From Malacoraja senta (taxonomy: Eukaryota), in NCBI GenBank assembly GCA_038087875.1, contig CM075991.1, positions 3,906,001-3,970,000 of the forward strand: a DNA stretch of 64,000 bases. The letters are read 5' to 3'. This document shows positions 37,734-52,074 of the stretch, in pieces; position 1 is the stretch's first letter, and every line of letters starts with the position of its first letter. Below the pieces are notes generated by a model. It ran no database searches, was not told the origin of the DNA, and worked only from the letters and a program-made list of their open reading frames with translations. The position numbers and the translations under genes are program-made.

Positions 37734-40700
37734 TTTTAAGTGTCTAGAAAGACTGAACATGGGCAAAAGGAGAATATAGAAATTGAGCTTTGGATCTGAG
37801 CAAAAGGCTGAGGATGGATGTGTGTATCTTTGCAGTGGCATAAGTCTATTTCTTGGCTGCAAAATAGATGCTGAAAGATTCCAGATAGTGGAGGGCAAGT
37901 TCCAGGCAGAGTTGCATGTTCAAATAATTTGACAGACAAAAAATGCTGGGGTAACTCAGCAGGCTAGGCAGCTACTCAGGAGAACATGGATAGGTGTTGT
38001 TTCAGATTGGGACCCTTCTTCAGACTGAAGATTCTTCTTCTGAAGAAGAGTCCCGACCCGAAACATCACCTATCCATGTTTTCCAAAGATACTGCCTGAC
38101 CCGTTGTGTTATACCAGCACTTGTTGTCGTCCATCAGCATGTGCCATGGTGGGCAGAAGAGTCAGGTTCTGTTCTGTTTGACTCCATGATTCTAAGACAT
38201 TGTAGGACCACCCAAAACATTATACGTGCCTATTGGCCTGGGCATACTCCAGCATTCTCTGCAGCCTCTTGTCTTCTTGTGCATTGGAATTGCCGCACCT
38301 GGGCATGTGCAACCGGTGGCACAGTGGTAGCGTTGCTGCCTTACAGCGCCAAAGACCTGGGTTCGAACCTGACTATGGGATGCTGTCTATACGGAGTTTG
38401 TACATTCTCCCCATGACCTGCACGGGTTTTCTCCGGGAGTTCTGATTTCCTCCCACACTCCAAAGACATACAAATTTGTTGGCTAAGTGGCTTGGTAAAA
38501 ATTGTAAATTGTCCCGTGTGTGTGTAGGATAGTGTTAGTGTGTGGGGATCGCTGGACGGTGGGGACACGGTGGCCTGAAGGGCCTGTTTCCATGCTGTTT
38601 CTCTAAAAACCTAAATCGGCAGTCACTTGTGCCTCCACTATATGTTAGGATTAGATCGTTGGGAGAAGGGGACAGTGGAAGTATGATGCTAGGTAAAAGA
38701 GAAAAAGCAATAGTTATATAAATCAGGCAGTTGAACTTTTAGCCTAATGTTCCATAAATAGTGTTTACAGGACTTGCAATTTCTTTGCCTCAGGAATGTA
38801 TGACCGGCAAGTCATTAAGATTGTGAGATAAACGTGGATGAGGGTGGTTTAGCCTGACCTCAGATGGTTGATGATAAATATTTTGTTTAACCTGCACACA
38901 ACTTTCTCATTCTCTTTGCCATCAAGCAGGGTGCATTAAAAAAAAAAGACCTCAGTGAGATTCCTGGAGAGCAACTGAGACTTTTACAGTGTGCACTAAA
39001 CGCCCGGGACTTGTCAAGGCACCCCTGCCAGCATAGTGCTGCAGGGCCCCTTCAGTGAAAGTGACGAGGGATTGATAGATTCTGAGAAAGCTGGGCCTCT
39101 TGCAAGGAGGTTTACATTTCATAAGAAGTCTCTGGCCCTGAATTCAGAAATGCACTCTCCATCACTCTGTGCAGCAAAATTCAGTTGCATCAACATTGCC
39201 CCTCTATCCAACCTGCTGGCCAAGTCGATCTCTACTTAAGGGGTAAGCCATTTAGAACGGAGACGAGGAAACACTTTTTCTCACAGAGAGTTGTGAGTGT
39301 GTGGAGGCAGGTTCTCTGGATGCTTTCAAGAGAGAGAGATGGATAGGGCTCTTAAAGATAGCGGAGTCAGGGGATATGGGGAGAAGGCAAGAATGGGATA
39401 CTGATTGGTGATGATCAGCCATGATCACATTGAATGGTGGTGCTGGCTCGAAGGGCCGAATTGGCCTACTCCTGCACCTATTGTCTATTGTCTATTGTCT
39501 ACCTTTCCCAACACCAAATACTCTAAGGGGCTGGGCATTGCTTTCTCTGAGGAATGTGCTTGAATTGAAAGACGGTGTGCTACAAGTACAACGTCTCCTA
39601 AGGTGATATTAGATACTGTGTAGGAAGGAACTGCAGATGCCGGTTTAAACCGAAGATAGACACAAAATGCTGGAGTAACTCAGCGGGACTGTAGGCAGCA
39701 TCTCTGGAGAGAAGGAATGGGTGACGTTTCGGGTCGAGACCCTTCTTCAGACTGCTGGACTTCTTAGAACATAAAACATAGAAAAATAGGTGCAGGAGTA
39801 GGCCATTCGGCACTTCGAGCCAGCATCGCCATTCAATAATATCATGGCTGATCATCCAAAATCAGTACCCCGTTCCTGCGTTTTCCCCATATCCCTTGAT
39901 TCCTTTAGCCCTTAAAGCTAAATCTAATTCCCTCTTGAAAACATCCAGTGAATTGGCCTCCACTGCCTTCTGTGGCAGAGAATTCCACAGATTCACAACT
40001 CCATAGATACTTTATGGAGTCCCTTCTAGATACTGCTTGAGTTCTGGTGAGCTGTGCTTGCAGTAACATTCACAGAAGACACAGTATGTGTAGGGAGGAA
40101 CTGCGGATGCTGGTTTACACCGTAGATAGACACAGAAAGTTGGAGTAACTCAGCGGGTCAGGGAGCATCATTGGAGGAAAGGAATAGGTGACGTTTCAGG
40201 TCGGTCGGTTCTTCAACCTGACCTGAAATGTCACCTATTCCTTCTCTCCAGAGATGCTGCCTAACCAGATGCTGAGTTACTCCAGCATTTTGTGTCTGTC
40301 TACAGGAGATACAGCATGTTCACTGGCCTACTTGGTCCGCTTGAGCTCCTGAGTTTCCGCGCCGTGATGATATTTCCATGGATAATACTGTTCATGAGGT
40401 ATGGCTCTGAATTGCTAACAAATTAAACATGGATACAACTTCCTCCAACTTTTATCGATATTTTGCCAGCACATACATATATATTTGGCTGCAGTTTCAT
40501 AATGATAATTTCAGTATGTGCAGAACTTACCTCTGCTATACTCCTTTTCTAAGAAGACTTGGAATGACTACATAGTTTTCCCATTTTAGATATCCTTGCT
40601 CAGTTTATAATTCAAACCACTAATTATGGACATCCCCACCTTTAACACCGGTACACATAGACAAACACTTGTACTCGGTCCACCAAGGCCTATTGGATCT

Positions 40701-40741
40701 CTGGATTGCTAACCATTTTAACTCCACTTCCCTCTCCCATA

Positions 40742-41462
40742 CTGGGTGTCATGGTACACCAGTCATTGAAAGTAGGCATGCAGGTGCAGCAGGCAGTGAA
40801 GAAAGCGAATGGTATGTTAGCATTCATAGCAAAAGGATTTGAGTATAGGAGCAGGGAAGTTCTACTGCAGTTGTACAGGGTCTTGGTGAGACCACACCTG
40901 GAGTATTGCATACAGTTTTGGTCTCCAAATCTGAGGAAAGACATTCTTGCCATAGAGGGAGTACAGAGAAGGTTCACCAGACTGATTCCTGGGATGTCAG
41001 GACTTTCATATGAAGAAAGACTGGATAGATTCGGCTTGTACTCGCTAGAATTTAGAAGATTGAGGGGGGATCTTATAGAAACTTACAAAATTCTTAAGGG
41101 GTTGGACAGGCTGGATGTAGGAAGATTGTTCCCGATGTTGGGGAAGTCCAGGACAAGGGGTCACAGTTTAAGGATAAAGGGGAAATCTTTTAGGACCGAG
41201 ATGAGAAAAACATTTTTCACACAGAGAGTGGTGAATCTCTGTAATTCTCTGCCACAGAAGGTAGTTGAGGCCAGTTCATTGGCTATATTTAAGAGGGAGT
41301 TAGATGTGGCCCTTGTGGCTAAAGGGATCAGGGGGTATGGTGAGAAGGCAGGTACAGGATACTGAGTTGGATGATCAGCCATGATCATATTGAATGGCGG
41401 TGCAGGCTCGAAGGGCCTAATGGCCTACTCCTGCACATATTTTCTATGTTTCTATGTTTCTA
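40742..41462 (+). mobile_element. 5'-truncated CR1 (same family as 9542-14004)
   Basis: LGVMVHQSLKVG..RPHLEYC..GYGEKAGTGY, then a (TTTCTATG)n tail. Confidence 0.92.
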
Positions 41463-42079
41463 TACTGACCTTTCTGTCGTGCCTCCTCCTTTGTCATTGT
41501 CAGTCCACAAGCAAATTGGAGGAATAGCACCTCATATGGACACAAAATGGTGGAGTAACTCAGCGGGTCAGGCAGCATCTCTAGAGAAAACGAATAGGTG
41601 ATGTTTCAAGTCGGAACCCTTCTTCAGATTAAGTGAACTACACTTTATTCGACTCTTAACACTAAGGAACACACCATTTGCGGTGCTCATCTCCTTGATC
41701 CACGACTTACCTAATTATTTACTTCATCAAACATCGGCTGGCCATTTCACACTTGGTGGTGATATGTTATTTTGTGGTGTTCTGTCCTTATAACGCAGCT
41801 ATATTAAGAACAATCTCAGATTTATAGTGTCTTTCGTGACTTTAGGACATCTCAAAGCTCTTTGCAACTTCAAGTAATTTTTGAAATGTTGCCACTAATA
41901 TAATTATAGGGCCAAGATCAAATGCTCAGACCAATGGGATTGATGCTATCCAATTATCAATTGTTGTTAAGGGCTGAGTACTTGGTCGGACACTGGTCCA
42001 CTATTCTCCAAAACTGTGGCTGTAGAAGGCAGACGAGGCAGCCAATTTAACATCTTATTCAAATCAAGGTCGAGTGTCA

Positions 42080-42432
42080 CCCCCTCTTCTCCCCTCTCCC
42101 ATCAGGCAAGAGGTACAGAAGTGTGAAAACGCACACACCTCCAGATTCAGGGACCGTTTCTTCCCAGCTGTTATCAGGCAACTGAACCATCCAATCAACA
42201 ACTAGAGTGGTCCTGAGCTACTATTTACTTCATCGGAGACCCTTGGACTATCTTTAATCTCACTTTACTGGACTTTATCCTGCACTAAACGTTATTCCCT
42301 TTATCAAGTATCTGTACACTGTGGACGGCTCGATTGTAATCATGTATAGGCTTTCCACTGACTGGTCAGCATGCAACAACAGCTCTCGCTATACCTCGGT
42401 ACACGTGACAGTAAACTCAGCTAAACTAAACT
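42080..42432 (+). mobile_element. Rex1/Babar-like LINE 3' end
   Basis: PLFSPLPSGKRYRSVKT..RFRDRFFPAVIRQLN and tail GGTACACGTGACAGTAAACT. Related pieces at about 14041-14110, 16620-16950(-), 24120-24460, 36690-36935(-), 58020-58790(-) and 60720-60815. Confidence 0.7.
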
Positions 42433-42989
42433 AGTCCATCACCTTCATCCAAGCAGTGCTCTGTCAGCACTGTACCAGCCTGGATTTTGACCCCAAGAGA
42501 AAGACTTGAACCCTTTGACTGGGAGGTGAAATTTGGAAAACCCGGAAAATGCCTGGAGCAACACTCCAGGCCGCCTTGCCTATGAAGAAACTAAACTAGG
42601 CTTTGTGTTTTTTGCTTAGCTGCCACTGCCTTCACCACAGCCTTGCGGAGGTAGCCTTCCAGAACTTATTTTAAAGCACTGATGGTATTTCATTATGGCT
42701 AAGCTTAGAATATGTGCGCTGCTGCTGCTGTTTATTCACTTGAGTCCAATTCACAGCTGATTTTATTGGAGTGATGTTTTGTTCCCCTACCTCAGCAACC
42801 TGGAACCAATCTGCTTTAGCACTAGCCCCTCTGACAGCAGTGGATGAGGCCCAGTAAACCACTTTACTGTGGTCAAAGACACACGTCTTTTGCTTGGCTC
42901 TCATTTTAAAGGGACGCTCCAACACAGTGCTTTTTCAACGATCTCTGCTTATTGGCTTTGGAAGGCTACAGAGGGAATACAATACAACA

Positions 42990-43308
42990 GGGCGGCACGG
43001 TGGCGCAGCGGTAGAGTTGCTGCCTTACAGCGCTTGTAGCGCCGGAAACCAGGGTTCGATCCCGACTACGGGTGCTGTCTGTACGGAGTTTGTACGTTCT
43101 CCCTGTGACCGCATGGGGTTTCTCCGAGATCTTTGGTTTCCTCCCACACTCCAAAGACGTACAAGTTTGTTGGTTAATTAGCTTGGTATTAATGTAAAAT
43201 TGGCCTTAGTGTGTGTAGGATAATGATAATGTGCAGGGATCGCTGGTTGGCGTGGACTCGATGGGCCGAAGGGCCTGTGTCCATGCTTTATTTTTAAACT
43301 AAACTAAA
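42990..43308 (+). mobile_element. HE1-type tRNA-derived V-SINE (representative)
   Basis: A box TGGCGCAGCGG, B box GGTTCGATCCC, V-domain GGAGTTTGTACGTTCTCCC..GGTTTCCTCCCAC, LINE-derived tail and (CTAAA)n. Confidence 0.85.
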
Positions 43309-43647
43309 CAATGAAGATTCACCAGACCGATTCCTGGAGTGACAGGTTTGTCATACAAGGGGAGTTCACTCAAACTGCGTCTACGCCTTGCAGAGTTTTT
43401 AAGGATAAAAGTTGATTGATACAGAATTTGAAAAACAAGGAACTGCAGATGCTGGTTTACAAAAAGGAGCACAAACTGCTGGAGTAACTCCAGTGGGGCA
43501 GCACAGTGGCACAGTTGTCTAGTTGCTGCCTTACAGCGCCAGAGACCCAGGTTCGATTCTGACTACGGGTGCTGTTTGTAAGGAGTTTAAACGTTCTCTC
43601 TGTGAACACTTGGCTTATCTCCGGGTGCTCCGGTTTCCTCCTACATT

Positions 43648-44165
43648 CATAGATACATAGATACATAGAAAATAGGTGCAGGAGTAGGCCATTCGGCCCT
43701 TCGAGCCTGCACCGCCATTTAATATGATCATGGCTGATCATCCAACTCAGTATCCCGTATCTGCCTTCTCTCCATACCCCCTGATCCCTTTAGCCACAAG
43801 GGCCACATCTAACTCTCTCTTAAATATAGCCAATGAACTGGCCTCAACTACCCTCTGTGGCAGAGAGTTCCAGAGATTCACCACTCTCTGTGTGAAAAAG
43901 TTTTTTCTCATCTTGGTCTTAAAGGATTTCCCCCTTATCCTTAAGCTGTGACCCCTTGTCCTGGACTTCCCCAACATCGGGAACAATCTTCCTGCATCTA
44001 GCCTGTCCAACCCCATAAGAATTTTGTACGTTTCTATAAGATCCGCTCTCAATCTCCTAAATTCAAGCGAGTATAAGCCAAGTCTATCCAGTCTTTCTTC
44101 ATATGAAAGTCCTGACATCCCAGGAATCAGTCTGGTGAACCTTCTCTGCACTCCCTCTATGGCTA
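43648..44165 (-). mobile_element. 5'-truncated CR1 inserted in an HE1-type SINE
   Basis: RT C-terminal ORF 43747-44151, (CTATGTAT)n tail; SINE halves at about 43495-43647 and 44165-44260. Confidence 0.9.
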
Positions 44166-44827
44166 TTCCAAAGACGTACAGGTCTGTAGGTTAATTGGCT
44201 TTGGTACAAATTGTAGATTTTTCCCTCTTGTGTAGGATAGTGTGTGATGAACTCAGTGGGCCGGCCTGTTTCCACAGGGAGAACGTATAAAATCCGTACA
44301 GACGGCAGCTGTAGTCAGGATTGAACCCAGGTCTATGGCGCTGCAAGGCAGCAACTCTACCGCTGTGCCACGGTGCCACCCTCTAGACCACTGTGCTGCC
44401 TTAGTGAACTTCTTCAAAGTAGGCATACCTTGGAGGAGATAAAATGTTGAGAAAGGAACTGCCGCAGATGCTGGTTTATACCGCACCTGGCTTGGCTCAA
44501 AATACCAAAGACTTGGATTAAGTTAGGACCTCACATTGCTACAGGACAAGACTGTCTTCAGTCTGAAGAAGGGTCTCGCCCCGAAACATCACCTACCCAC
44601 ATTCTCCAGAGATGCTGCGCGACCTTGGTTTAGTTTAGTTTAGAGATTCAGTGTGGAAACAAGCCCTTTGGCTCAGCAAGTCCACGCCGACCAGCGATCA
44701 CCCGTACACTAGTTCTATTCTACACACCACCCCACAGGGAGAAGGTGCAAACTCCGCACACACAGCACCCATAGTCAGAATCAAACCCGGGTCTCGCAGC
44801 AGCTCGGTCCTTTTTTAAAATTTCTAA

Positions 44828-45022
44828 AGGGCCTGTCCCACTTGGGCGTCATTTGCGTGTCACGCAGGTGGCGCGCGAAGATTTTGTGAATCCCAAAATC
44901 CTGGGGCGCCGAGCGTCACTGCCTACGTCATCACACAGCATGCGCGTGTAATGCACGCCACGTGCATCGTGAGTCGTGATGCGTAAATGATGCGCAAATG
45001 ATGCCCAAGTGGGACAGGCCCT
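44828..45022. mobile_element. PIF/Harbinger-type MITE
   Basis: TIR AGGGCCTGTCCCACTTGGGC; TAA TSD on both sides. Confidence 0.85.
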
Positions 45023-46844
45023 TAACAGTATAGCTTTTCCTCAGTAGTCTGCTGGATTGTCAGCCTGGATATTTGTGCTAAGCTCTGTGTCGAGGTTTTG
45101 CAGTTTTCTGAGTGAGGAGAAAGCGTGACTCACCGAGCTATTGCTGTCATTGAATGCCTGCAATGAATATGTGTGAATTTGACAAACACTGACCAACAGG
45201 AGTGAATCATAAAGATTCCCACAAGCTTACAAGGTTTTTGTGTTTCTAAACTGTTTCAATCACTTGGGATTACTGGCTTACACTGAAATGCATCCTTGGA
45301 GAGACTTGCTCACGAGGGCAGCTTCTCAACTGAATCGGGATTCCTTTTGCGAGAGGAAACATTTCTTCATCAATCTAACCCGGAAAAGAAGCAGAGGTGA
45401 TCGGAGGGAAAGCAGGGCGGCACAGTGGTAAAGTTTCTGCCTTACAGCACAGGAGACCCCGGTTCGATCCTGACTACGGGTGCTCTCTGTACAGAGTTTG
45501 CACGTTCTCCCTGTGACCGCGTGGGTTTTCTCTGGGTTCTCCCGTTCCCTCCCACATCCCAAAGACGTACAGGTTTATAGGTTTAAGAAGGAACTGCAGA
45601 TGCTGGAAAATCTAAGGTAGACAAAAATGCTGGAGAAACTCAGCGGATGCAGCAGCATCTATGAAGCGAAGGAAATAGGCAACGTTTTGGCCCGAATCGT
45701 TGCCTATTTCCTTCGCTCCACAGATGCTGCTGCACCCGCTGAGTTTCTCCAGCATTTTTGTCTACCTCAAGTTTATAGGTTAATTGGTTTTGGTAAATTG
45801 TCCCTCATGTGTAGGATAGAACTGGTGTAGGGGTGTTCATTGGTCAGCATGGATTTGGTGGGCCGAAGGGCCCGTTTCCACGTTGTTTCTGCAAACCAAA
45901 CTAAACTGTAGTGACCTGGAATGTGCTGTTGGAAACGGTGGTGGCAGCAAACTCAGAATTAATTTTCACTTGAAGGATAAGTGAAAATTTGCGCTGGCAT
46001 AATTGAGTTGTGTCATAGAGTCATGCAGCATGGAAACTGGCCCTTCGGCCCAACTTGCCTATACCGACCAACATAGTGCATTCTAAGGAGGGTCACTGGC
46101 ACATTGGCCAGGTGGCCCAGCTTTGGCATTCATTCCATTTTGTTGCTTAGCTGGTGTGCGTTAAGTCTAAATGATCAAATCTTTACACTGGAAATATTGC
46201 TGACCCTCGACTACCACTACACTCAGCTCACTTTGAGACAGATTTTCATTAGATAAGGCGGCACAGTGGTGCAGCTGGTAGAGCTGCTGCCTCACTGTGG
46301 CGGGCATCCAGATTCGATCCTGACTTCGGGTGCAGTCACATTCTCCCTGTGACCGCGTGAGTTTCCTCCGGGTGCTCGGTTTCCTCCCGCATCCCAACGA
46401 CGTGCGGATTTGCAGGTTAAAAGTAGTCACAGCCTCGGAATAAAAGGATGTACCAATCTAAAGGAGATGAGGAGGAATTTCTTTAACCAGAGGGTGGTGA
46501 AGCTGTAGTATTCATCGCCAAGGGTAGTAGTGGGGACCACGTCATTGGGTAGTTTTAAAGCAGAGAGTGATAGGTTCTTGATTAGTAAGAGTGTCAATGT
46601 TTACAGGGAGAAGTCAGGAGAATGGGGTTGAGAGGGAAAAATAGATCAGCCAGGATCAAATTGTGGAGCAGACTCTATGGGCCGATTGGCTTAATTCTAT
46701 TCTTCTGTCTTCTGATCTAATTGGCTCTGTAAATTGACCCTAGTGTTTAGGGAGTGTTTGAGAAAGTGGGATAACTTAGAACTAGTGTGATTGAGTGATC
46801 GACGGTCAGCCTGGACTGGGAGGGTCAAAGGGCTTATATCTATA

Positions 46845-46924
46845 ACCATATAACCATATAACCATATAACCATAACAGCACGGAAACAGGCCATCTCGGC
46901 CCTTCAAGTCCGTGCCGAACATTT

Positions 46925-46963
<39 letters not shown>

Positions 46964-47607
46964 AACTAAAATACTTCCCCCTAGTCCCATCTACCTGCAC
47001 TCAGACCATAACCCTCCATTCCTTTCCCGTCCATATACCCATCCAATCTATTTTTAAAGGATAACATCGAACCTGCCTCCACCACTTCCACTGGAAGCTC
47101 ATTCCACACAGCTACCACTCTCTGAGTAAAGAAGTTCCCCCTAATGTTCCCCCTAAACTTCTGTCCCTTAATTCTCAAGTCATGTCCCCTTGTTTGAATC
47201 TACCCTACTCTCAATGGGAAAAGCTTATCCACGTCCACTCTGTCTAACCCGCTCATCATTTTAAAGACCTCTATCAAGTCCCCTCTTAACCTTCTGCGCT
47301 CCAAAGAATAAAGACCTAACTTGTTCAACCTTTCTCTGTAACTTAGTTGCTGAAACCCAGGCAACATTCTAGTAAATCTCCTCTGTACTCTCTCTATTTT
47401 GTTGACATCCTTCCTATAATTAGGCGACCAAAATTGTACACCATACTCCAGAATTGGCCTCACCAATGCCTTGTACAATTTTAACATTACATCCCAACTT
47501 CTATATTCAATGCTCTGATTTATAAAGGCCAGCACACCAAAAGCTTTCTTTACCACCCTATCTACATGAGATTCCACCTTCAGGGAACTATGCACAGTTA
47601 TTCCTAG
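46845..47607 (-). mobile_element. 5'-truncated HER1-like CR1 LINE sharing its 3' end with HE1 SINEs
   Basis: LGITVHSSLK..RPILEYGVQFWSP; 3' end GGCCTGTTTCCGTGCTGT plus an (ATATGGTT)n tail. Confidence 0.85.
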
Positions 47608-49756
47608 CATCCCTATGCTGTATCTTTTAGTCTTTCTGTCAATCGATCAATGATCAGCTTACATGTTTCTTATCCAAAGGTGAGTAAGTGGAGTTGAAGT
47701 GCAAGACAGGTGTGGTCGGATCAGATGGCTGAACAGCTCTGAGGAGCTGAGTATCCTAATGTCCAATGAATAATGAATGGCCTGGAGAGAGTGGATGTGG
47801 AGAGGATGTTGCCACTAGTGAGAGAGTCTAGGACCAGAGGTCATAGTCTCAGATTTAAAGGACGTTCCTTTAGGAAGGAGATGAGGAGGAACCAGGACCA
47901 GAACCAGGGGCCACAGTTTAAGAATAAGCAGTAAGCCATTTAGAACGGAGACGAGGAAACACTTTTTCTCACAGAGAGTGGTGAGTCTGTGGAATTCTCT
48001 GCCTCAGAGGGTGGTGGAGGCAGGTTCTCTGGATGCTTTCAAGAGAGAGCTAGATAGGGCTCTTAAAAATAGCGGAATCAGGGGATATGGGGAGAAGGCA
48101 GGAACGGGGTACTGATTGGGGATGATCAGCCATGATCACATTGCTGGCTCGAAGGGCCAAATGGCCTACTCCTGCACCTATTGTCTATTGAATTCCTTTA
48201 GTCAGAGGGTGGTGAATCTGTGAATTCATTCCTACAGAAGGATGTGGAGGCCAAGTCAATGGATATTTTTAGGGAAGAGATAGATAATTCTTGATTAGTA
48301 CAGGTGTCAAAGGTTATGGGGAGAAGGCAGGAGAATGGGGTTGAGAGGGAAAGATAGATTAACCATGATTGAATGACGGACTAGACTTGAAGGACCGAAT
48401 GGCCTATTCGGCTCCCACCACTTGAACATCACTTATGCAACGTTTTAACCTTCTGAGCCATTTTGGCTACTTCAACAGATGACGGGAGCTGTTGGAACCA
48501 AAGTGCATTGCTTTGGCAGTATTTATATTGAGGCTAGAACTTGCTGCTTTGACTGAAGTGGAAAATGAGATGGCAGAGGTTAGCAAATGGAAACTCATGG
48601 TCATACACGGCCGCTGGAGTCTAGTTGCTCTGGCAGCAAGGTGCTTAAACAATTCAGAGGAGCTCTGCATGAATGGTTGGAGGGCTTTCTGTCTCCAACC
48701 ACTACCCAACATTTCTGCCATTCTATGACTCCAAATGGCAGCCTACACTTTCCCAATTGAATTGAAAGCAAAACTGCTCCAAATGACTCTGAAGGAACAC
48801 ACAATAGTCAATCAAATAGCCTTTGTGATCCTGGTTCCAAATAACTTGCAAAGATATTGAATAAAAATCCATTTTCCAAATAACGCACAAAGAAATTGTA
48901 TAGAAATCTATCATCATGCCTGAAAATGGCCCTTTGAACATCTATCCAATATATTTCAGTCCCTGCTCTTCATAGACTCAATGGAATAGCATAGTGTAAA
49001 GGCAATTCAAATCGAAACCTGTACTGACTCTTTTAAAGAAATATTAACTGGACCCATCTCCTGGCCTTCCACTGATCTTAGTCTCTATTGGTGTAAATAT
49101 TTTCTCCACACATTGATTGCTAGAGGCAGTATGGAAATCGGCCCTTCAGCCCATCAAGTCTATGCTGACCATCGATCACCTGTTCACACCATTTCTATAT
49201 TATCCCACCTTCGCATCCACTCCCTACACACTAGGCGACAACATACAGCGGCCAGTTAACCTACAAACCCGCATGTCCTTGGGATGTGGGAGAAATCCGG
49301 AGAACCCAAGAAACCCCCACGTGGTCACAGAAAACGTGCAAACTCCACACAGACAGCACACGGGGTCAGGTTTGAACCGGGGTCTCTGGTGCTGTGAGGC
49401 AGCGGCTCCACTCGCTGTGCCAATGTGCAGCCTATATATTAATGCAATTTCTTTTTGCAAATACCTATGGAATCTGCTTCCCCTTCATTTCCAGGCAAAA
49501 CATTCCATCTGGCTGCAGGAAATAATTCTCCCTGCTTCCCTTTCGTTTCTTTTTCCAAACGTCTGATGTCTGTGTCCTCGGGTGACGTCCCCTGCTGCCA
49601 TAAATCATCCATTTCCCCCATTTGAAGCAGCTGTTTCTATCGTCAGGCTACTGTTCTTACACACTCTACGAAAGACGGTGCTTAGTTATTGTGTGTACCT
49701 GGGGATCAGCAGCTGTTGAGAGAGATCTGACTAAGCCCGACATTTCTACGTTTCTA

Positions 49757-50232
49757 TTTCACGAGATTGATCCCTGGGATGGCGGGACTGTCATATGAGG
49801 AAAGATTGAAAAGACTAGGCTTGTATTCACTGGAGTTTAGAAGGATGAGGGGATATCTTATAGAAAGATATAAAATTATAAAAGGACTGGACAAGCTAGA
49901 TGCAGGAAAAGTTTTCCCAATGTTGGGCGAGTCCAGAACCAGGGGCCACAATCTTAAAATAAAGGGGAGGTCATTTAAGACTGAGGTGAGAAACAACTTT
50001 TTCACCCAGAGAGTTGTGAATTTATGGAATTCCCTGCCACAGAGGGCAGTGGAGGCCAAATCACTGGATGGATTTAAGAGAGATTTAGATAGAGCTCTAG
50101 GGGCTAGTGGAGTCAAGGGATATGGGGAGAAGGCAGGCACGGGTTATTGATACGGGACGATCAGCCATGATCACAATGAATGGCGGTGCTGTCTCGAAGG
50201 GCCGAATGGCCTCCTCCTGCACCTATTTTCTA
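49757..50232 (+). mobile_element. 5'-truncated CR1
   Basis: ORF 49767-50150 is an RT C-terminus followed by a CR1 3' end. Confidence 0.88.
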
Positions 50233-51846
50233 AGTTTCCCTTTCACACTGAGCTTGGTCAGAGCTCTGCCGAATCCAGAGCAAACAATCCTAGGTTCTTC
50301 CTCTGCACTACTTTGGTTTAGTTTAATTTAGAGATACAGCTTGAAAACAGGCCCTTTGGCCCACCAAGTCCATGCCGACCAGCGATCCCCATTAACTAGC
50401 ACTATCCTACACGCTAGGGACAAACCGAAGCCAACTTACTTACGAACCTGTACATCTTTGGAGTTTGGGAGGAAACCAGAGCTCCTGGAGCAAACCCACA
50501 AAGTCACAGGGAGAAAGCACAAACTCCGTACAGACAGCATCCGTAGTCAGGATTGAACCCGTGTCTCTGGCGCTGTAAGGCTCCACACTAAGGTGCGCCA
50601 CCTACAGCTGTGCCTTTGGAAATGTTTGTTTCTCTGTGATTAGCTTTTCCGGGCCAGTCCATACATCATGACACAGCTCCAAAATCCACCCTGATTCTAA
50701 TTCTACAGTGAGGAGCAACTTTAAATTAAAAACTTTGGCTCCTCAAAACCTGGGATCACAGTGCATGATCCCATTTGGAGAAATCCTACTCTGTCGGTGT
50801 TTTCTGTTGGAGATCTCCTCTTATTCTTAATTTCCACTTTGCAATTACCCCCTTTGCTGTAGCTGAACTGCTCAATATCATCAATCATGTTTGTGTTCTG
50901 TTCCAAGCTCCATCACATCATCCTTGGCGGCTAAATGCAGTTCTTGTAGTCCAGAGTTGAGCATAGTCAACGGACAGGCGTGGAATATAGGTTTTAGAGT
51001 TTAGAGATGCAGCGTGGAAACAGCACCTTCGGCTCACCGAGTCCGCGCCAACTTCACCTCAGTGGTGAAGGGAGCCAGTGACTTTGAACCCTGAGACTGC
51101 CAAAAACAGAATGCCTCCCAACAAACAGTTAGACAGCTTGATACCAGATGTCAAGCTGGGTTTTGATGTAATCTCATGTAAATATGAACTACTGCATTTA
51201 CATTCAAAATGGGAACATATGTTTCCATATTTGTTTCATTTTAAGCATCACTTAAGTTCTGTCAACTGTTCAAATCTGCTCATACTGGGTCAAAACAGAA
51301 TGTAACATCAGGGCAATGGAGCTAGTTCCCCAGCTCCAGGCCGGATCCAAGAGAAATAACATTTTATCTGATGCTGTTTTACAATAAAAGGCACAACGTG
51401 CTGGAGTAACTCAGCAGGTCAGGCAACATCTCTGGAGAACATGGATAGGTTAGGAAGAGTCCCGACCCAAAGCATCACCTATCCATGTTTTCCAGAGACA
51501 CTGCCTGACCCGCTGAGTTACTCCAGCACATTGTGTCTTTCAGTAGCTCGACTCCAGCAAACAATCAGATTTCAACTGGATAATCCTGGGAACAAAGCAG
51601 GATTCTGTGATTCAATTTAGGAGTATTTTCCATGAAATGTAATTATGTTTGCAACATGTGAAGTTTTAATGATGTTAGTGATTTTGCTGCACTCTGAACA
51701 GCAGACATTACTGATGCACCTTTGCAGAAAGCTGTGAAGAAGCTGTGATCAGTTGCAGTCTGAGCTTTCAGGAAGTTTGTTCTTCTGCAATCTGAGATAA
51801 GAGTCTTGCTGTTCACAGCCTCAGCACATCCCAAAGTGTTCCTTTT

Positions 51847-52074
51847 AGGGCCTGTCCCACTTGGTGATTTTTTCGGCGACTGCCGGCGTCATATCAGTGT
51901 CGCCAAAAGAATTTGAACATTTCAAAATCCAGCGGCGACAAAAAAAATGTTGCGACACTTGAAAAAACACCGCGCGTCACACATCGTCACACGTCATCAC
52001 ACCACAAAATTTTCGGTGACTTGATACATCGGTCAATGATGTCGCCGAAAAAATCGCCAAGTGGGACAGGCCCT
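51847..52074. mobile_element. PIF/Harbinger-type MITE
   Basis: TIR AGGGCCTGTCCCACTTGG; TTT on both flanks. Confidence 0.8.

Noticed and set aside
42990..43070. tRNA-like A and B boxes
   Set aside because: SINE heads continuous with V-domain and LINE tail; not tRNA genes.
46921..46980. Poly(T) run inside a LINE 3' UTR as an orphan poly(A) insertion
   Set aside because: No clear TSD; slippage expansion is an equally good explanation.
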